DNA of 64,000 nucleotides from an uncultured Solirubrobacteraceae bacterium (GTDB lineage Bacteria; Actinomycetota; Thermoleophilia; Solirubrobacterales; Solirubrobacteraceae): contig CAWHAB010000010.1 of the NCBI GenBank assembly GCA_963827105.1, positions 316,512 to 380,511 of the forward strand, written 5' to 3'. Under the pieces are notes generated by a model, which ran no database searches, was not told the DNA's origin, and saw only the letters and a program-made list of their open reading frames with translations. Positions within the stretch are counted from its first letter, which is position 1; each line of letters begins with the position of its first letter. Positions 51,946-62,656 of this stretch are shown here, one piece after another. The translations under genes were made by a program, and so were the position numbers.

Positions 51946-52011
51946 GCGGCGTGCGCAGTCGCCGCCGATTCCGCCTGAACGCAACGTATTCTCGCCGGGC
52001 TTGAAGCACGG

Positions 52012-52135
52012 CTTTCACTTCGGCGCCCGCGGCACAGGCAGGAAGCTCACCGCGCCCGGCCAGGAGCTGCGGGCGATCGCACACGACGCAGCAGGCAACG
52101 GGCCGGGCGCGACGAAGAACTTCACGATCGAGCAA
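52012..52135 (+). pseudogene. 3'-end remnant of a paralogue of the downstream surface protein
   Basis: FHFGARGTGRKLTAPGQELRAIAHDAAGNGPGATKNFTI aligns without gaps to LHFSGRVKGRRLPAGSYELEAVAHDAAGDGPAVVKAFTI at about 54182-54300. Confidence 0.65.
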
Positions 52136-52153
52136 CTCGAGAGGGGGCCGGCG

Positions 52154-54331
52154 ATGACCAGAAGGCTGGGAGCACTGCTCGGCGCGTGCGTGCTCGCGTC
52201 GTTCGCGTTCGCAGTGGCCGCCGGCGCCGCGTCGGCGACGACCTTCTACGTCAACGGGAGCACCGGCAATGACGCCCACCCCTGCACATCGTCATCGGAA
52301 CCGTGCAAAACGATCGCCGGCGCGCTGACACACGCCAAGGAAGACCCCTCCGAACAGGCGCCCCAGGTCGAAGTGGCGGCGGGTGTCTACGAAGAAGACC
52401 TGGAACTCGAACTGGAGCTGTCAGGGGTCGTGCTCAACGGGGCCGGCGACGGCGCCGGCGGGACGAAGATCCTCGGCACGACGGGCAGCAAAGCAGTCGT
52501 CCATCTGGAAATGTTCGGTGCCCCGGCGACGCTGTCGAACCTGCAGGTGCAGGAGCCGACGAAAAACACCGGACCCGGCATCCAGGCGACGGCGAGCCTG
52601 ACCCTCGACAACGTGGCCGTGACGATGCAGGCCCCCGCCGTCTCCGAGCCGGGCGTCTCGCTGAACGTGCTCGGCTCGCTGACGATCAACGGCGGCAGCG
52701 TGACGATGGCCAAAGAAACCGAAGGCACCGCGATCACGGCGAACGCGCCGGTCGCGATCAACGGCGCGACCGTCACGATGGAACCCGGCTCGAAGGGGAC
52801 CGCGATCGAAGCGACCGGGCCGTCGGCGTCGATCACGAACTCGGCCGTGAACTTCGAGGCGACGAGCAACGAGGGCGCGATCGACTGCGAGGGCAGCAAC
52901 GTGACGCTCAGCAACGACACCGTCGACTACGCGGGCGAAAGCGCGGCGGTCGGCTTCGAGCTCGTCGGATCGCTGTCGGTCAACGGGCTGAGCATCGCGA
53001 TGGCCGCCTCGAAAGACACCCAGGCGGCGATCGCGGACGGCTTCAGCGCGGGAACGCTCGAGCACGTCAACGTGTCAGGCACCTGGGCGGGAGCGGCGCT
53101 GAGCGTCCAGGGCGGCTCGCTGACACTCGCCGACAGCCACCTCACGAGCTCCGCGACGACGAACAGCACGATCGAAGCGGTCGGGCTCGGCGTCAACCCC
53201 GGACTGTTCCTCCAGCGCAGCGTCATCCAGGCGCCGTCCGCGTCGAGCAAACCCGCGGTCGTCCTGTTCGCCGAGAACGCGACGCTCGATTCCTCGGAGG
53301 TCCTCGGCGGCGAAGTCGGCGTGCTGTTCGAGCAGGAGCTCGACAGGCTGCGCACGTTGACGATCGACGCCTCGACGATCGACGCCAAGACGCCCGGAGT
53401 ATCCGATCCCGCACCGAGCGCAGACGTGAAGGCGATCGCCGCGACGCCGTCGAGCCGCGCGCTGGTCAACATCATCGGCTCGGTCCTGTTCGAGGCCCAG
53501 AGCGCGACGATCGGCGAAAAAACCGAAGCGACCGTGTCCTGCAGCTACACCAACGCGCCCAGCCAGACACAGGCCACCGGCGGGTCGAACGGCACGATCG
53601 CCTGCGGCGCGGGCGAACGGGGCAACACGGCCGCCGAACCGGCCGCGCTGTTCAGTGCGCCGCTGACGAGCTATCAGCCGGGGCCGGAGTCGGTGGCGAT
53701 CGACAGCGTTCCCTCGAGCGCGATCGTTCTCCCTGAAGGGCTCTCGCCCTCGAGCACCGACCTGCTCGGCAACCCGCGCTCGGAAGGCATCGCCTGCGTG
53801 GCGCTGCAGGACAGGGGCGCGATCGAGCTCCCCGGCCGTGGCACCCCGTGTGCCACACCGGCGGTCCCCGCGTCGCCCGTGACGCCGCACGCCGGAGTGA
53901 TCAGCGCGCTGACGATCAGCCCGGATGCGTTCCTGCCGGCGCCTTCCGGCGCGACGATCTCGACGGCGAGACACAAGCCGAGGAAGAAATACGGCGCGAA
54001 GGTCAGCTACCGCGACAGCCAGCTCACGACGAGCACGTTCACGATCCTGCGCAGGTCAAGCGGACGCCGGCAGGGCAGCTCCTGCAGGCGGCCCTCGCGC
54101 AGGAACAGGCACGGCAGGCGCTGCACGCTGCTGATCAGGATCGGGGCGTTCACCCACGCCGACAGGACGGCTGCGATCAGCCTGCACTTCAGCGGGCGGG
54201 TCAAGGGCCGCAGGCTGCCCGCCGGCAGCTACGAGCTGGAGGCGGTCGCGCACGACGCCGCCGGCGACGGGCCGGCCGTCGTGAAGGCCTTCACGATCAT
54301 CAAGTACGGCCCGCCCGCTGCCGGTCGCTAA
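52154..54331 (+). CDS. Secreted right-handed beta-helix (pectin-lyase-like) surface protein with C-terminal beta-rich basic domain
   Basis: Signal peptide MTRRLGALLGAC...AASA. FYVNGSTGND...PCKTIAGAL, VAAGVYEE, beta-helix-like repeats, AIDS...TDLLGNPR...DRGAIE, basic C-terminal module. Confidence 0.75.
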   Translation: MTRRLGALLGACVLASFAFAVAAGAASATTFYVNGSTGNDAHPCTSSSEPCKTIAGALTHAKEDPSEQAPQVEVAAGVYEEDLELELELSGVVLNGAGDGAGGTKILGTTGSKAVVHLEMFGAPATLSNLQVQEPTKNTGPGIQATASLTLDNVAVTMQAPAVSEPGVSLNVLGSLTINGGSVTMAKETEGTAITANAPVAINGATVTMEPGSKGTAIEATGPSASITNSAVNFEATSNEGAIDCEGSNVTLSNDTVDYAGESAAVGFELVGSLSVNGLSIAMAASKDTQAAIADGFSAGTLEHVNVSGTWAGAALSVQGGSLTLADSHLTSSATTNSTIEAVGLGVNPGLFLQRSVIQAPSASSKPAVVLFAENATLDSSEVLGGEVGVLFEQELDRLRTLTIDASTIDAKTPGVSDPAPSADVKAIAATPSSRALVNIIGSVLFEAQSATIGEKTEATVSCSYTNAPSQTQATGGSNGTIACGAGERGNTAAEPAALFSAPLTSYQPGPESVAIDSVPSSAIVLPEGLSPSSTDLLGNPRSEGIACVALQDRGAIELPGRGTPCATPAVPASPVTPHAGVISALTISPDAFLPAPSGATISTARHKPRKKYGAKVSYRDSQLTTSTFTILRRSSGRRQGSSCRRPSRRNRHGRRCTLLIRIGAFTHADRTAAISLHFSGRVKGRRLPAGSYELEAVAHDAAGDGPAVVKAFTIIKYGPPAAGR

Positions 54332-54344
54332 GCTTCCGCGGCCG

Positions 54345-56157
54345 ATGTTCGCCAAGGTCCTGGTAGCCAATCGCGGGGAGATCGCGGTCCGAATCGTGCG
54401 CGCGCTCGAGGAGCTCGGCGTCGCGAGCGTGGCCGTCTACTCAGAGCTCGATCGCGACGCCCCCCATGTCAAGCGCGCGAGCGAGGCCTACAACCTCGGC
54501 GACGGGCCGGCGGCGGAGAACTACCTGAGCATCGAGAAGATCCTCGACGCGGCCGCGCGCTCCGGCGCCGAGGCGATCCACCCCGGCTACGGCTTCCTCG
54601 CCGAGAACGCGCCGTTCGCGCAGGCCTGCGAGGACGCCGGTGTCGTGTTCATCGGACCGCCGGCGAGCGCGATCGAGGCGATGGGCTCAAAGACGCGCGC
54701 CCGCGAGCTGATGCAGGCGGCGGGCGTGCCGATCGTCCCTGGTACGACCGAGGCCGTCGCAACGGTCGCCGACGCGCTGCGCATCGCCAAGGACGAGATC
54801 GGCTTCCCGGTCGCCGTCAAGGCCGCCGGCGGCGGCGGCGGCAAGGGCTTCCGCGTCGCGCTCCGCGAGGATGAGCTCGAGGGCGCGTTCGAGGGCTCAA
54901 GCCGCGAAGGCGAGAAGTTCTTCTCCGACGGGACCGTCTACCTCGAGCGCTACCTGCACGATCCTCGCCACGTCGAGGTCCAGGTGCTCGCCGACCGCCA
55001 CGGCAACGTCATCCACCTCGGCGAGCGCGACTGCTCGATCCAGCGCCGCCACCAGAAGGTGATCGAGGAGTCCCCCGCGCCGGAATGGGTCGTCGACCCG
55101 CAGACGCGCGAGCGCATCGGCCAGATCGGCGTGAACGCGGCCAAAGCTGTCGACTATGTCGGCGCCGGCACGATCGAGGGCCTGTTCTCCGCGGGCGAGG
55201 GCGATCAGCCCGAATACTTCTTCCTCGAGATGAACACACGCGTGCAGGTCGAGCACTGCGTGACCGAGATGACGACCGGGGTCGACATCGTCAAGGAGGG
55301 CATCCGCGCGGCCGCCGGCGAGGAACTCGCCTACGCACAGGCCGACATCGAGCTGCGCGGACATGCGATCGAGTGCCGCATCAACGCCGAGGACGCGTCG
55401 AAGAACTTCGCTCCGGCCCCCGGCAAGATCGGCGTCTACCGCGAGCCGCGCGGGCCCGGAGTGCGCGTCGACTCGGGCGTCGAGGAAGGCGGCGAGGTCT
55501 CGCCGATGTATGACCCGATGGTCGCCAAGCTGATCGTCTGGGACGCCGATCGCGAGCAGGCGACAAAACGCATGCTGCGCGCGCTCGGCGAATACGAGAT
55601 CGAAGGCCTGAAGACGCTGATCCCATTCCACCAGGCGCTGCTCGCCACCGGCGAGTGGGCACGCGGAGAGACCTGCAAACAGCTGATGGAGGACAAGAAG
55701 TGGTTGAAGACGCTGGCGTTCCCTGCGCCGCCGGCGGCGAGCGGCGAGGAGGAGGCGCCCGCGGACGTCGAGCAGGCCTACACGGTCGAGGTCTCGGGCA
55801 AGCGCTTCGACGTCCGCGTCGTCGGGCCGCCGTTCGCGGGCGCCGGCGCGGCGCCGGGCAACGGCGCGCTCGCAGCGCGCCGCGCCGAAGCGCAGCGAGC
55901 GCAAGTCGACTAGCGCGGGCGGGCCCGACACGCTGCCCTCGCCGCTGCAGGGCAACATGTGGAAGGTCCTCGTCAAGCAGGGCGACACGGTCGCGGAGGG
56001 CCAGCTTCTGTGCATCATCGAGGCGATGAAGATGGAGAACGAGATCACCGCGCACAAGGCCGGCACGATCACCGAGCTGCCGATCACCGAGGGTGCCCCG
56101 ATCCAGGCCGGCGCGCCGATCGCGACGATCAAGAGCGCCGAGGCGGCCGCGGCCTAG
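54345..56157 (+). CDS. Biotin carboxylase/biotin carboxyl carrier protein (acyl-CoA carboxylase alpha subunit), frameshift near 55880
   Basis: [49 protein letters not shown]. Biotinyl domain IEAMKMENE is in the downstream frame. Confidence 0.95.
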
Positions 56158-56990
56158 CGCGGCGCGGCGGCCGTGCCTGACAGCACGGCGACGTTCGCCT
56201 GATGGATCGCGCGCTGGTTCGCGCCGCGCCGCCCGTCGGGCAGCTCCGCCGCCGCTCCCCGCGACGCCAGCGCGTTCAGGTAGTAGCGGTCCTCGCCGAG
56301 GATCGCCACCGCCGCCTCGGCGTCGAGCACGGGCCCGTGCCCGGGGACGACGTGCTCGGCGTCGGCGACGAGCGGGCGCAGGCGCTCGAGCGTCTGCAGG
56401 TAGGCCTCGAGCGAGCCGCCCTCCCCGAGCATCGGCAGCTCGACGGTCGAGAGGTAGTCGCCGACGACGAGCACCCCCGCCCAGCCGATCCGGATCGCCA
56501 TCCCATCGGCCGTGTGGCCCTCGGCGGGGTGCAGCTCGAGCTCCCGCTCGCCGAGCTCGCAGCGGCCGGGAACGGGGAGCGCCTGCAGCGCGCCGAGCGA
56601 GAGCGGGCGCCGGCGCTCGATCATCAGGTCTTCATCGAACGAGCGCAACGCGCGCTGGGCGCCGCCGGGCTCGGCCTGCAGCCGGCCCACGGTGCGCTCG
56701 CTCGCGCCCAGCGCAAGCTCGGGAAACGCCAGGCGTCCGAGCAGGTGATCCCAGTCGCCGTGCGTCGCGAGCAGGCCGCTCGGCTCAGGGAACCCGGCCT
56801 GTGCGAGCAGCGCGGGCAGCGCCTCGAGCTCGTCCGGGAGCACCGGCGAGTCGATCACGAACGTCTCGCCGGTCGCGACCGCCGGGTCGCCGGGCTGAGC
56901 GGCGAGGCCTCCCCGCACGAGCACGCAGTTGACGCGCAGCACGGCACTCGTGACCAGCAGCGCGTCGGGATGGAGCGAGACGGCCCGCAC
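56154..56990 (-). CDS. MBL-fold metallo-hydrolase
   Basis: [32 protein letters not shown]. Confidence 0.88.
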   Translation of the reverse strand: MRAVSLHPDALLVTSAVLRVNCVLVRGGLAAQPGDPAVATGETFVIDSPVLPDELEALPALLAQAGFPEPSGLLATHGDWDHLLGRLAFPELALGASERTVGRLQAEPGGAQRALRSFDEDLMIERRRPLSLGALQALPVPGRCELGERELELHPAEGHTADGMAIRIGWAGVLVVGDYLSTVELPMLGEGGSLEAYLQTLERLRPLVADAEHVVPGHGPVLDAEAAVAILGEDRYYLNALASRGAAAELPDGRRGANQRAIHQANVAVLSGTAAAPR

Positions 56991-57002
56991 CGGCGCGGCC
57001 GG

Positions 57003-57683
57003 CTAGGTGATGCCGAGCAGTTTGGCGGCCTCTTTGAGGCTGCTCACTTCAGCGGTCGGCTTCTTCTGGGAGGAGTCGAGCGTCTCCTTGTTGCGATTGA
57101 CCCAGATCACCGGCACGCGCTGTTTGACGCACGGCGCGACATCGTGATAATGGCTGGCGGCGACGTGCACCCACCCGCGCTTGCCGCCCATCCGCCTCGC
57201 GCACTCGGTGAAATGAGGTAGTTCCGGCTTGTAGGAGCGCACCTGCTGGGCGGTCACGACGAGATCGAAGTCGACACCGATGTGGCGCCGGGTCTGCCCG
57301 AGCAGCTTGTCGTCGATGTTCGAGAGCAGCCCGAGCTTGTACTTCTTGCCGAGCTTCTGCAGCTGCGTGCTCGTCTCCTTGAACGGCATCCACCGCTGCA
57401 CCGAGTCCGGCAGGAAGCCCGAGCGCGAGGGCTCGAGGTTCCATTCCAGGCGTTTCGCGATCTCGATCGCCGTGCGCCTGAGCACCTCCGCGTACAGCTC
57501 GTAGGAGCCGCCCTCGATTTCCCGCTCGATCTCCTGGAACATCGGCATCAGCACGTTGCGATCGATCTCGAAGCCGTCGCGGGCGGCCTCCTTGGAGAAC
57601 GCGTCGTAGATCCCGGTCTCCCAGTCGATCAGCGTGCCGTAAACGTCAAATGTGACGAAGGTGACGTTCTTGGGGATCGGCAT
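57003..57683 (-). CDS. HAD-superfamily hydrolase (haloacid dehalogenase type II-like)
   Basis: TFDVYGTLIDWETG, LSNIDD, SYKP, HVAASHYHDVAP. Confidence 0.9.
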   Translation of the reverse strand: MPIPKNVTFVTFDVYGTLIDWETGIYDAFSKEAARDGFEIDRNVLMPMFQEIEREIEGGSYELYAEVLRRTAIEIAKRLEWNLEPSRSGFLPDSVQRWMPFKETSTQLQKLGKKYKLGLLSNIDDKLLGQTRRHIGVDFDLVVTAQQVRSYKPELPHFTECARRMGGKRGWVHVAASHYHDVAPCVKQRVPVIWVNRNKETLDSSQKKPTAEVSSLKEAAKLLGIT

Positions 57684-57789
57684 CGAGCGGGCATTATGAC
57701 AGTGCCCGCGCCAACTCCCCGGTATCCGCCCTCCGCGGCCCGTCTCCGGCACGCGCTGCGCGGTCTTGCTGTTAGAGTCCCGCGCCGCA

Positions 57790-58948
57790 ATGGACCTGCT
57801 CGAGTATCAGGGCAAGCAGCTCTTCGCCCGCCACGGTTTGAAGGTTTCCTCCGGCAAGGCGGTAGCGACCGTCGCCGACGCCGTCAGCGCCGCCGAGGAG
57901 ATCGGCTACCCGGTCGTCGTCAAGGCGCAGGTCCTGATCGGCGGCCGCGGCAAGGCCGGCGGCGTGAAGCTGGCCGGCGAACGCCGAGGAGGCGCGCGAG
58001 CACGCGCAGAGCATCCTCGGCCTCGACATCCACGGGCACATCGTGCGAACGCTGTGGATCGAGCACGCCTCGGACATCGCGAGCGAGTACTACGCCTCGG
58101 TGCTGCTCGACCGCTCGGCCAAGAAGCCGCTCGTGATGTTCAGCATCGAGGGCGGCGTCGACATCGAAGAGGTCGCCGAGAACACGCCCGAGAAGCTGAT
58201 CCGCCATCACGTCGACCCGCTCAGCGGCCTGTCGCGCGAGGAGGCGATCGAGATCGCCACCGACGGCAAGGCCGACGCGGACGTGATCGGCGGCGTCGCC
58301 GATGCGCTGCTCGCGCTGTATGAGGTGTGGCTGCAGGAGGACGCGACGCTCGCGGAGATCAACCCGCTGATCGTCACGCCCGAACGCGAGGTCAAGGCGC
58401 TCGACTCGAAGGTCTCACTCGACGGCAACGCGCTGTTTCGCCATCCCGAGAACCAGCAGCTCTCAGACAGCGAGAACGAAGATCCGATCGAGCGCCGCGC
58501 CAAGGAGGAGGGCGTCCAGTACGTCAAGCTCGACGGCGACATCGGCATCCTCGGCAACGGCGCCGGCCTCGTGATGTCGACGCTCGACGTGGTCGCCCAG
58601 GCGGGCGGCTCGCCCGCCAACTTCCTCGACGCGGGCGGCGGCTCGAACGCCGAGAAGATCAAGCAGGCCGTCGATCTGCTGCTCGCCAACGACTCGGTCA
58701 GGGCCGTGCTGTTCAACATCTTCGGCGGCATCACACGCTGCGACGAGGTCGCCCTCGGCCTGATCGCCGCGTTTGAGCAGATCAAACCGTCGGTGCCGTT
58801 CGTCGTGCGCCTCGACGGGACCAACGACGTCGAGGGGCGGCGCCTGCTGCAGGAGGCCGCCCTGCCGAACGTGTACTCGGCGAGCACGATGAACGAGGCG
58901 GCCGAGAAGGTCGTCGCGCTCGCCGCCGGCGCGGGAGCCGCTGCCTGA
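57790..58948 (+). CDS. sucC: Succinate--CoA ligase beta subunit, frameshift near 57975
   Basis: [64 protein letters not shown]. Confidence 0.96.
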
Positions 58949-59856
58949 TGTCCGTCCTCGTCGACGAGCGCACGCGCCTGGCCGTCGCCGGCATCACCGG
59001 CCGCGAGGGAACCTTCCACACCCTCAACAACCGCAACTACGGCACCAACGTGGTCGGCGGAGTCACGCCCGGCAAGGGCGGGCAGGACGTCGAGGGCATC
59101 CCCGTGTTCGACAGCTGGGAGCAGGCGATGTCGGAGTCGCAGCCGAACACCGCGATGATCTTCGTACCGCCGCGGTTCGCCGCCGACTCGATCCTCGAGG
59201 CGGCGGCGGCGGGCGTCGAGCTCGTGATCGCGATCACCGAGGGAATCCCCGCGCACGACGAGCTGCGCGTCTACAACACGCTCAAGCGCGAAATTAAGGA
59301 TGCCCACCCACCCACGCGGCTGATCGGGCCGAACTGCCCCGGGATTCTCTCGCCGGGCAAGGCCAACGTCGGCATCATCCCGGCGTCGTTCTTCAAGGCG
59401 GGCAACGTCGGCGTCGTCTCGCGCTCGGGCACGCTGACCTACCAGATCGGCAACGAGATCGCCCAGGCCGGGTTCGGCTGCAGCTCGATCGTCGGCATCG
59501 GCGGCGATCCCGTCCCGGGCTCCTCGTTCGTCGATGTGCTCGAGCTGTTCGAGGGGGACGCCGACACCGAGCTGGTAGTGCTCTCGGGCGAGATCGGCGG
59601 CTCGGCCGAGGAGGAGGCCGCCGACTACATCGCCGCGCACATGAGCAAGCCCGTCGTCGCCTACATCGCGGGCTTCACCGCCCCCGCCGGCAAGCAGATG
59701 GGCCACGCCGGCGCGATCGTCTCCGGCAGCGCGGGCACGGCCGCAGCGAAGGCCGAGGCGCTCGAAGGCAAGGGCGTGCGCGTCGGGCGCACCCCCACCG
59801 AGGCCGCCGCGATCGCCGTCGAGGTGCTCGGCGGCGCGCCGCTCGCAGCCTCCTGA
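58948..59856 (+). CDS. sucD: Succinate--CoA ligase alpha subunit
   Basis: [42 protein letters not shown]. Confidence 0.97.
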   Translation: MSVLVDERTRLAVAGITGREGTFHTLNNRNYGTNVVGGVTPGKGGQDVEGIPVFDSWEQAMSESQPNTAMIFVPPRFAADSILEAAAAGVELVIAITEGIPAHDELRVYNTLKREIKDAHPPTRLIGPNCPGILSPGKANVGIIPASFFKAGNVGVVSRSGTLTYQIGNEIAQAGFGCSSIVGIGGDPVPGSSFVDVLELFEGDADTELVVLSGEIGGSAEEEAADYIAAHMSKPVVAYIAGFTAPAGKQMGHAGAIVSGSAGTAAAKAEALEGKGVRVGRTPTEAAAIAVEVLGGAPLAAS

Positions 59857-59908
59857 ATCGCGGCCGGGCACGCATCGCCGCGCGGCGGGCGGCAGGTACC
59901 CTAGGACC

Positions 59909-61456
59909 GTGGACGAGCAGCTGAGCAGGACACTTGCAGAGCTCGAGCGCAAGATCGGCGATCTCGAGCGCACGCTCAACTCGATCGCCGGGGTCGAGGG
60001 CACAGCCGAGGCGGAGCCCGAGCCGCGGACGCCCGCCCGCCTGCAGCCCCCGCCCGCCGAGCGCGCGGCACCGAGCTTGAGCCGCATCGTCGATGAGGCG
60101 ATCGAGCCGCCCGACGGCGGCGCGCATGGGGGCGCATCGACCGTCGGCCCGCTCGAGGCTCCGCGCACCCCCGCCGCGACGCGCGCGCCGGCGCCCGGCG
60201 CGCGCTCCCCGCGGCCCGTCGCGACGCGCGAGCAGCCGGCGGACGCCTATCCGCCGAGCTCCGCCGACCTGCTGCGCTTCCGGGATCGGCTCGAGCGGGC
60301 CGCCCGCGACCTCACCCAGGACTACGACGAAGTGCTCGGACGCCTAAGCTACGCCGCTGTGTCAACACCCGCCGGACCCACGATCTCCTTCGCGCGCGGT
60401 GCCCCGTCGCTCGACATCGTCGACGTCCAGGGCCTCAGCGACGCGGCCGTGCGCGCGTTCGACAGCGACCCGTCGGGCACGACCGCATACGGAACCTCGG
60501 TCGGCTACCCGCGCCTGCGCACGTGGATCGCCGACCGCCACGGCGTCGAGCCCGAGCGCGTGCTCGTCACCAACGGCTCGCTGCAGGCCGACGCGTTCCT
60601 GTTCGAGCAGCTGGTGCGCAAGCAGGACGCCGTGATCGTCGAGCGCCCGACGTACGACCGCACGCTGCTGTCGCTGCGCGAGCGCGCTGCGCACGTGCAC
60701 GCGATCGAGCTCGAGCCCGACGGGATCGACACCGGCGCGCTCGCGCGGCTGCTCACGAGCAGCTCCGCGCCGCAGCCGACGCTCGCGCACATCATCCCCA
60801 ACTTCCAGAACCCGGCCGGCTACACGATGTCCTACGAGAAGCGCCGCAGCCTGCTCCAGCTGGCCGCCGAGCACGGCTTCATCGTCTTCGAGGACGACCC
60901 CTACGTCGAGCTGCGCTTCAGCGGCGAGACGCTGCCGACGATGCTCTCGATGGACCCGGAGCGCGTCGTCTACGCCTCGTCCTTCTCGAAGACCGTCTGC
61001 CCGGGGATCCGCGTCGGCTATCTGATCGGGCCGAGCGAACTGATCGCCGCGATCGCCCAGCTCGCGACCAACACGTACATCTCGCCGAACATGGTCGCGC
61101 AGGCGATCGTCTACGAGTTCTGCGCCTCCGGCGCGATCGAGCGCTCGATCGAGACGGTCAAGGCGGCCCTCGGCGAGCGCGTGCAGACGCTCGCCAACGC
61201 GCTGCGCCGCGACCTCCCGGAGGCCGACTTCATCGTCCCGCAGGGCGGCTACTTCATGTGGGTGACGCTGCCCGAGGGGACCGATGTCGGCGCGCTGTTC
61301 GAGGCCGCCGCGCAACGCGGCGTGGCGTTCGTGAAGGGCACCGACTTCCTGCTCGATGGCGGCGAGAACACCCTGCGCCTGGCCTACTCCGGGGTCACGC
61401 CGGAGCAGATCGAGACCGGCGTCGCGCGCCTCGCCGAGGCATACCGCTCGCTGTAG
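59909..61456 (+). CDS. PLP-dependent aminotransferase class I/II (LysN/MocR-like), catalytic part from about 60359, preceded in frame by a coiled-coil/Pro-rich segment
   Basis: ISFARGAP, TNGSLQA, IPNFQNPAG, EDDPY, SFSKTVCPGIRVG, LRLAYS. The first 150 aa are unrelated to aminotransferases. Confidence 0.88.
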   Translation: MDEQLSRTLAELERKIGDLERTLNSIAGVEGTAEAEPEPRTPARLQPPPAERAAPSLSRIVDEAIEPPDGGAHGGASTVGPLEAPRTPAATRAPAPGARSPRPVATREQPADAYPPSSADLLRFRDRLERAARDLTQDYDEVLGRLSYAAVSTPAGPTISFARGAPSLDIVDVQGLSDAAVRAFDSDPSGTTAYGTSVGYPRLRTWIADRHGVEPERVLVTNGSLQADAFLFEQLVRKQDAVIVERPTYDRTLLSLRERAAHVHAIELEPDGIDTGALARLLTSSSAPQPTLAHIIPNFQNPAGYTMSYEKRRSLLQLAAEHGFIVFEDDPYVELRFSGETLPTMLSMDPERVVYASSFSKTVCPGIRVGYLIGPSELIAAIAQLATNTYISPNMVAQAIVYEFCASGAIERSIETVKAALGERVQTLANALRRDLPEADFIVPQGGYFMWVTLPEGTDVGALFEAAAQRGVAFVKGTDFLLDGGENTLRLAYSGVTPEQIETGVARLAEAYRSL

Positions 61457-61483
61457 CCGCCTGCAGCGGCCGCCGCGCGCGGC

Positions 61484-62617
61484 CTAGTTCCCGACGAGCA
61501 GCTCCGGCACCTGCAGGGCGCGCCTCACGAGGTGCTCATCACCGACAACTGCCACGACGCCCGCGTCGAGTGCGGATCTCCACGCGGAGAGCCCGGTGGG
61601 CGATATTACGGCGGGCGGCCGCGCGAGCCCGCCGAGCGCTTCGAGGCTGCGGATCAGCGACTGCATCGGCGCCCTCGCCCGCGCCGGCCAGCGCGTGCCG
61701 GCGAGCGCGCGCGCCTGCTGATCGAGCACGGCGATGAAGCGCGCGCTCGTCGCTGCGAGCTGCGAGTACTGCGTGGCGCCGCTCCAGCCGTTGCTCGCGG
61801 CGACGAGCATCCGCGTGGCAGCGTCCACGCGCGCCCCGATCTGCAGAAAGCGCGCGCCGGCCGCGCCGACGCTCGCCGGGTGCAGCGAGAAGGCGTCGCC
61901 GCGGAGCGGGCTCGGTGCCAGCAGGCTGGCGCCGGCGGACATCCACTCGCTGTACAGGCGCGCATATGGAGGAGCCACCGAGTCGAGTGCGAGGTGGCGG
62001 AATTCGACGGCTGTCAGTCGCGGGTAGGAGACGGGCTGGCCGGTCTTCTCGCCGGTGACGTCCTCCTGCACCCACTCGGCCACGCTGAACCGCGCGTGCG
62101 TCTCAGCGCGCGTGGCGACGCGGGCGCCGACGCCGGAGCTCCGATCGACGATCGCCAGCGTCCATCGCCCGTGCGCGAGTTCGAGGCTCGCCGAGACCTC
62201 GTCGCCGGCGCGCACGTGGAGCAGGAACTGCGGGTGAAAGTCGTGCGCGCTGTCGCTCCAGAACGCCGTGTATTCGGCGCCCTCAGATGGTTCGCGGCGA
62301 AGCGGCTGGTGCTCCTCGTCGGTGCCGATCTGGATGAACGCGCCGCTGCTGCTCGGCGTCTGTGCGCCGACCCACGTGGCCGCGAAGCCGCGCGATCGGC
62401 CGATGATCCGCGGCACGGTCCAGGAGGCGCTGAGCGAGCTGACCGGCCCCTCCCAGACGTAGCCGGCGAACGGCCCGAACGCCCAGGCCGGGCGGCTCGG
62501 CCGCGATCCGGCGCCGCTCAACGCTGTCACGACGGCGACCGCGGCGACGACGACCAACAGGCCGATCAGCGCAAGCGCGGCGCGCCGTCGCGTCGTTGTG
62601 GCGCCGGCCGCGGGCAT
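61484..62617 (-). CDS. Secreted/membrane-anchored G1-family glutamic peptidase-like protein with C-terminal helical domain
   Basis: FAGYV, SASWTVP, TWVG, FIQIGT (catalytic Gln), AGDEVSAS, AEWVQED (catalytic Glu), N-terminal hydrophobic helix. Confidence 0.78.
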   Translation of the reverse strand: MPAAGATTTRRRAALALIGLLVVVAAVAVVTALSGAGSRPSRPAWAFGPFAGYVWEGPVSSLSASWTVPRIIGRSRGFAATWVGAQTPSSSGAFIQIGTDEEHQPLRREPSEGAEYTAFWSDSAHDFHPQFLLHVRAGDEVSASLELAHGRWTLAIVDRSSGVGARVATRAETHARFSVAEWVQEDVTGEKTGQPVSYPRLTAVEFRHLALDSVAPPYARLYSEWMSAGASLLAPSPLRGDAFSLHPASVGAAGARFLQIGARVDAATRMLVAASNGWSGATQYSQLAATSARFIAVLDQQARALAGTRWPARARAPMQSLIRSLEALGGLARPPAVISPTGLSAWRSALDAGVVAVVGDEHLVRRALQVPELLVGN

Positions 62618-62656
62618 GCTCAGGGCGCATCCCGGACGCGATCGGACACCGCTGCC

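Noticed and set aside
47089-58948. Programmed frameshifting or pseudogenisation of sir, biotin carboxylase and sucC
   Set aside because: These are single indels in housekeeping genes with no slippery sites, matching the window-wide error pattern.
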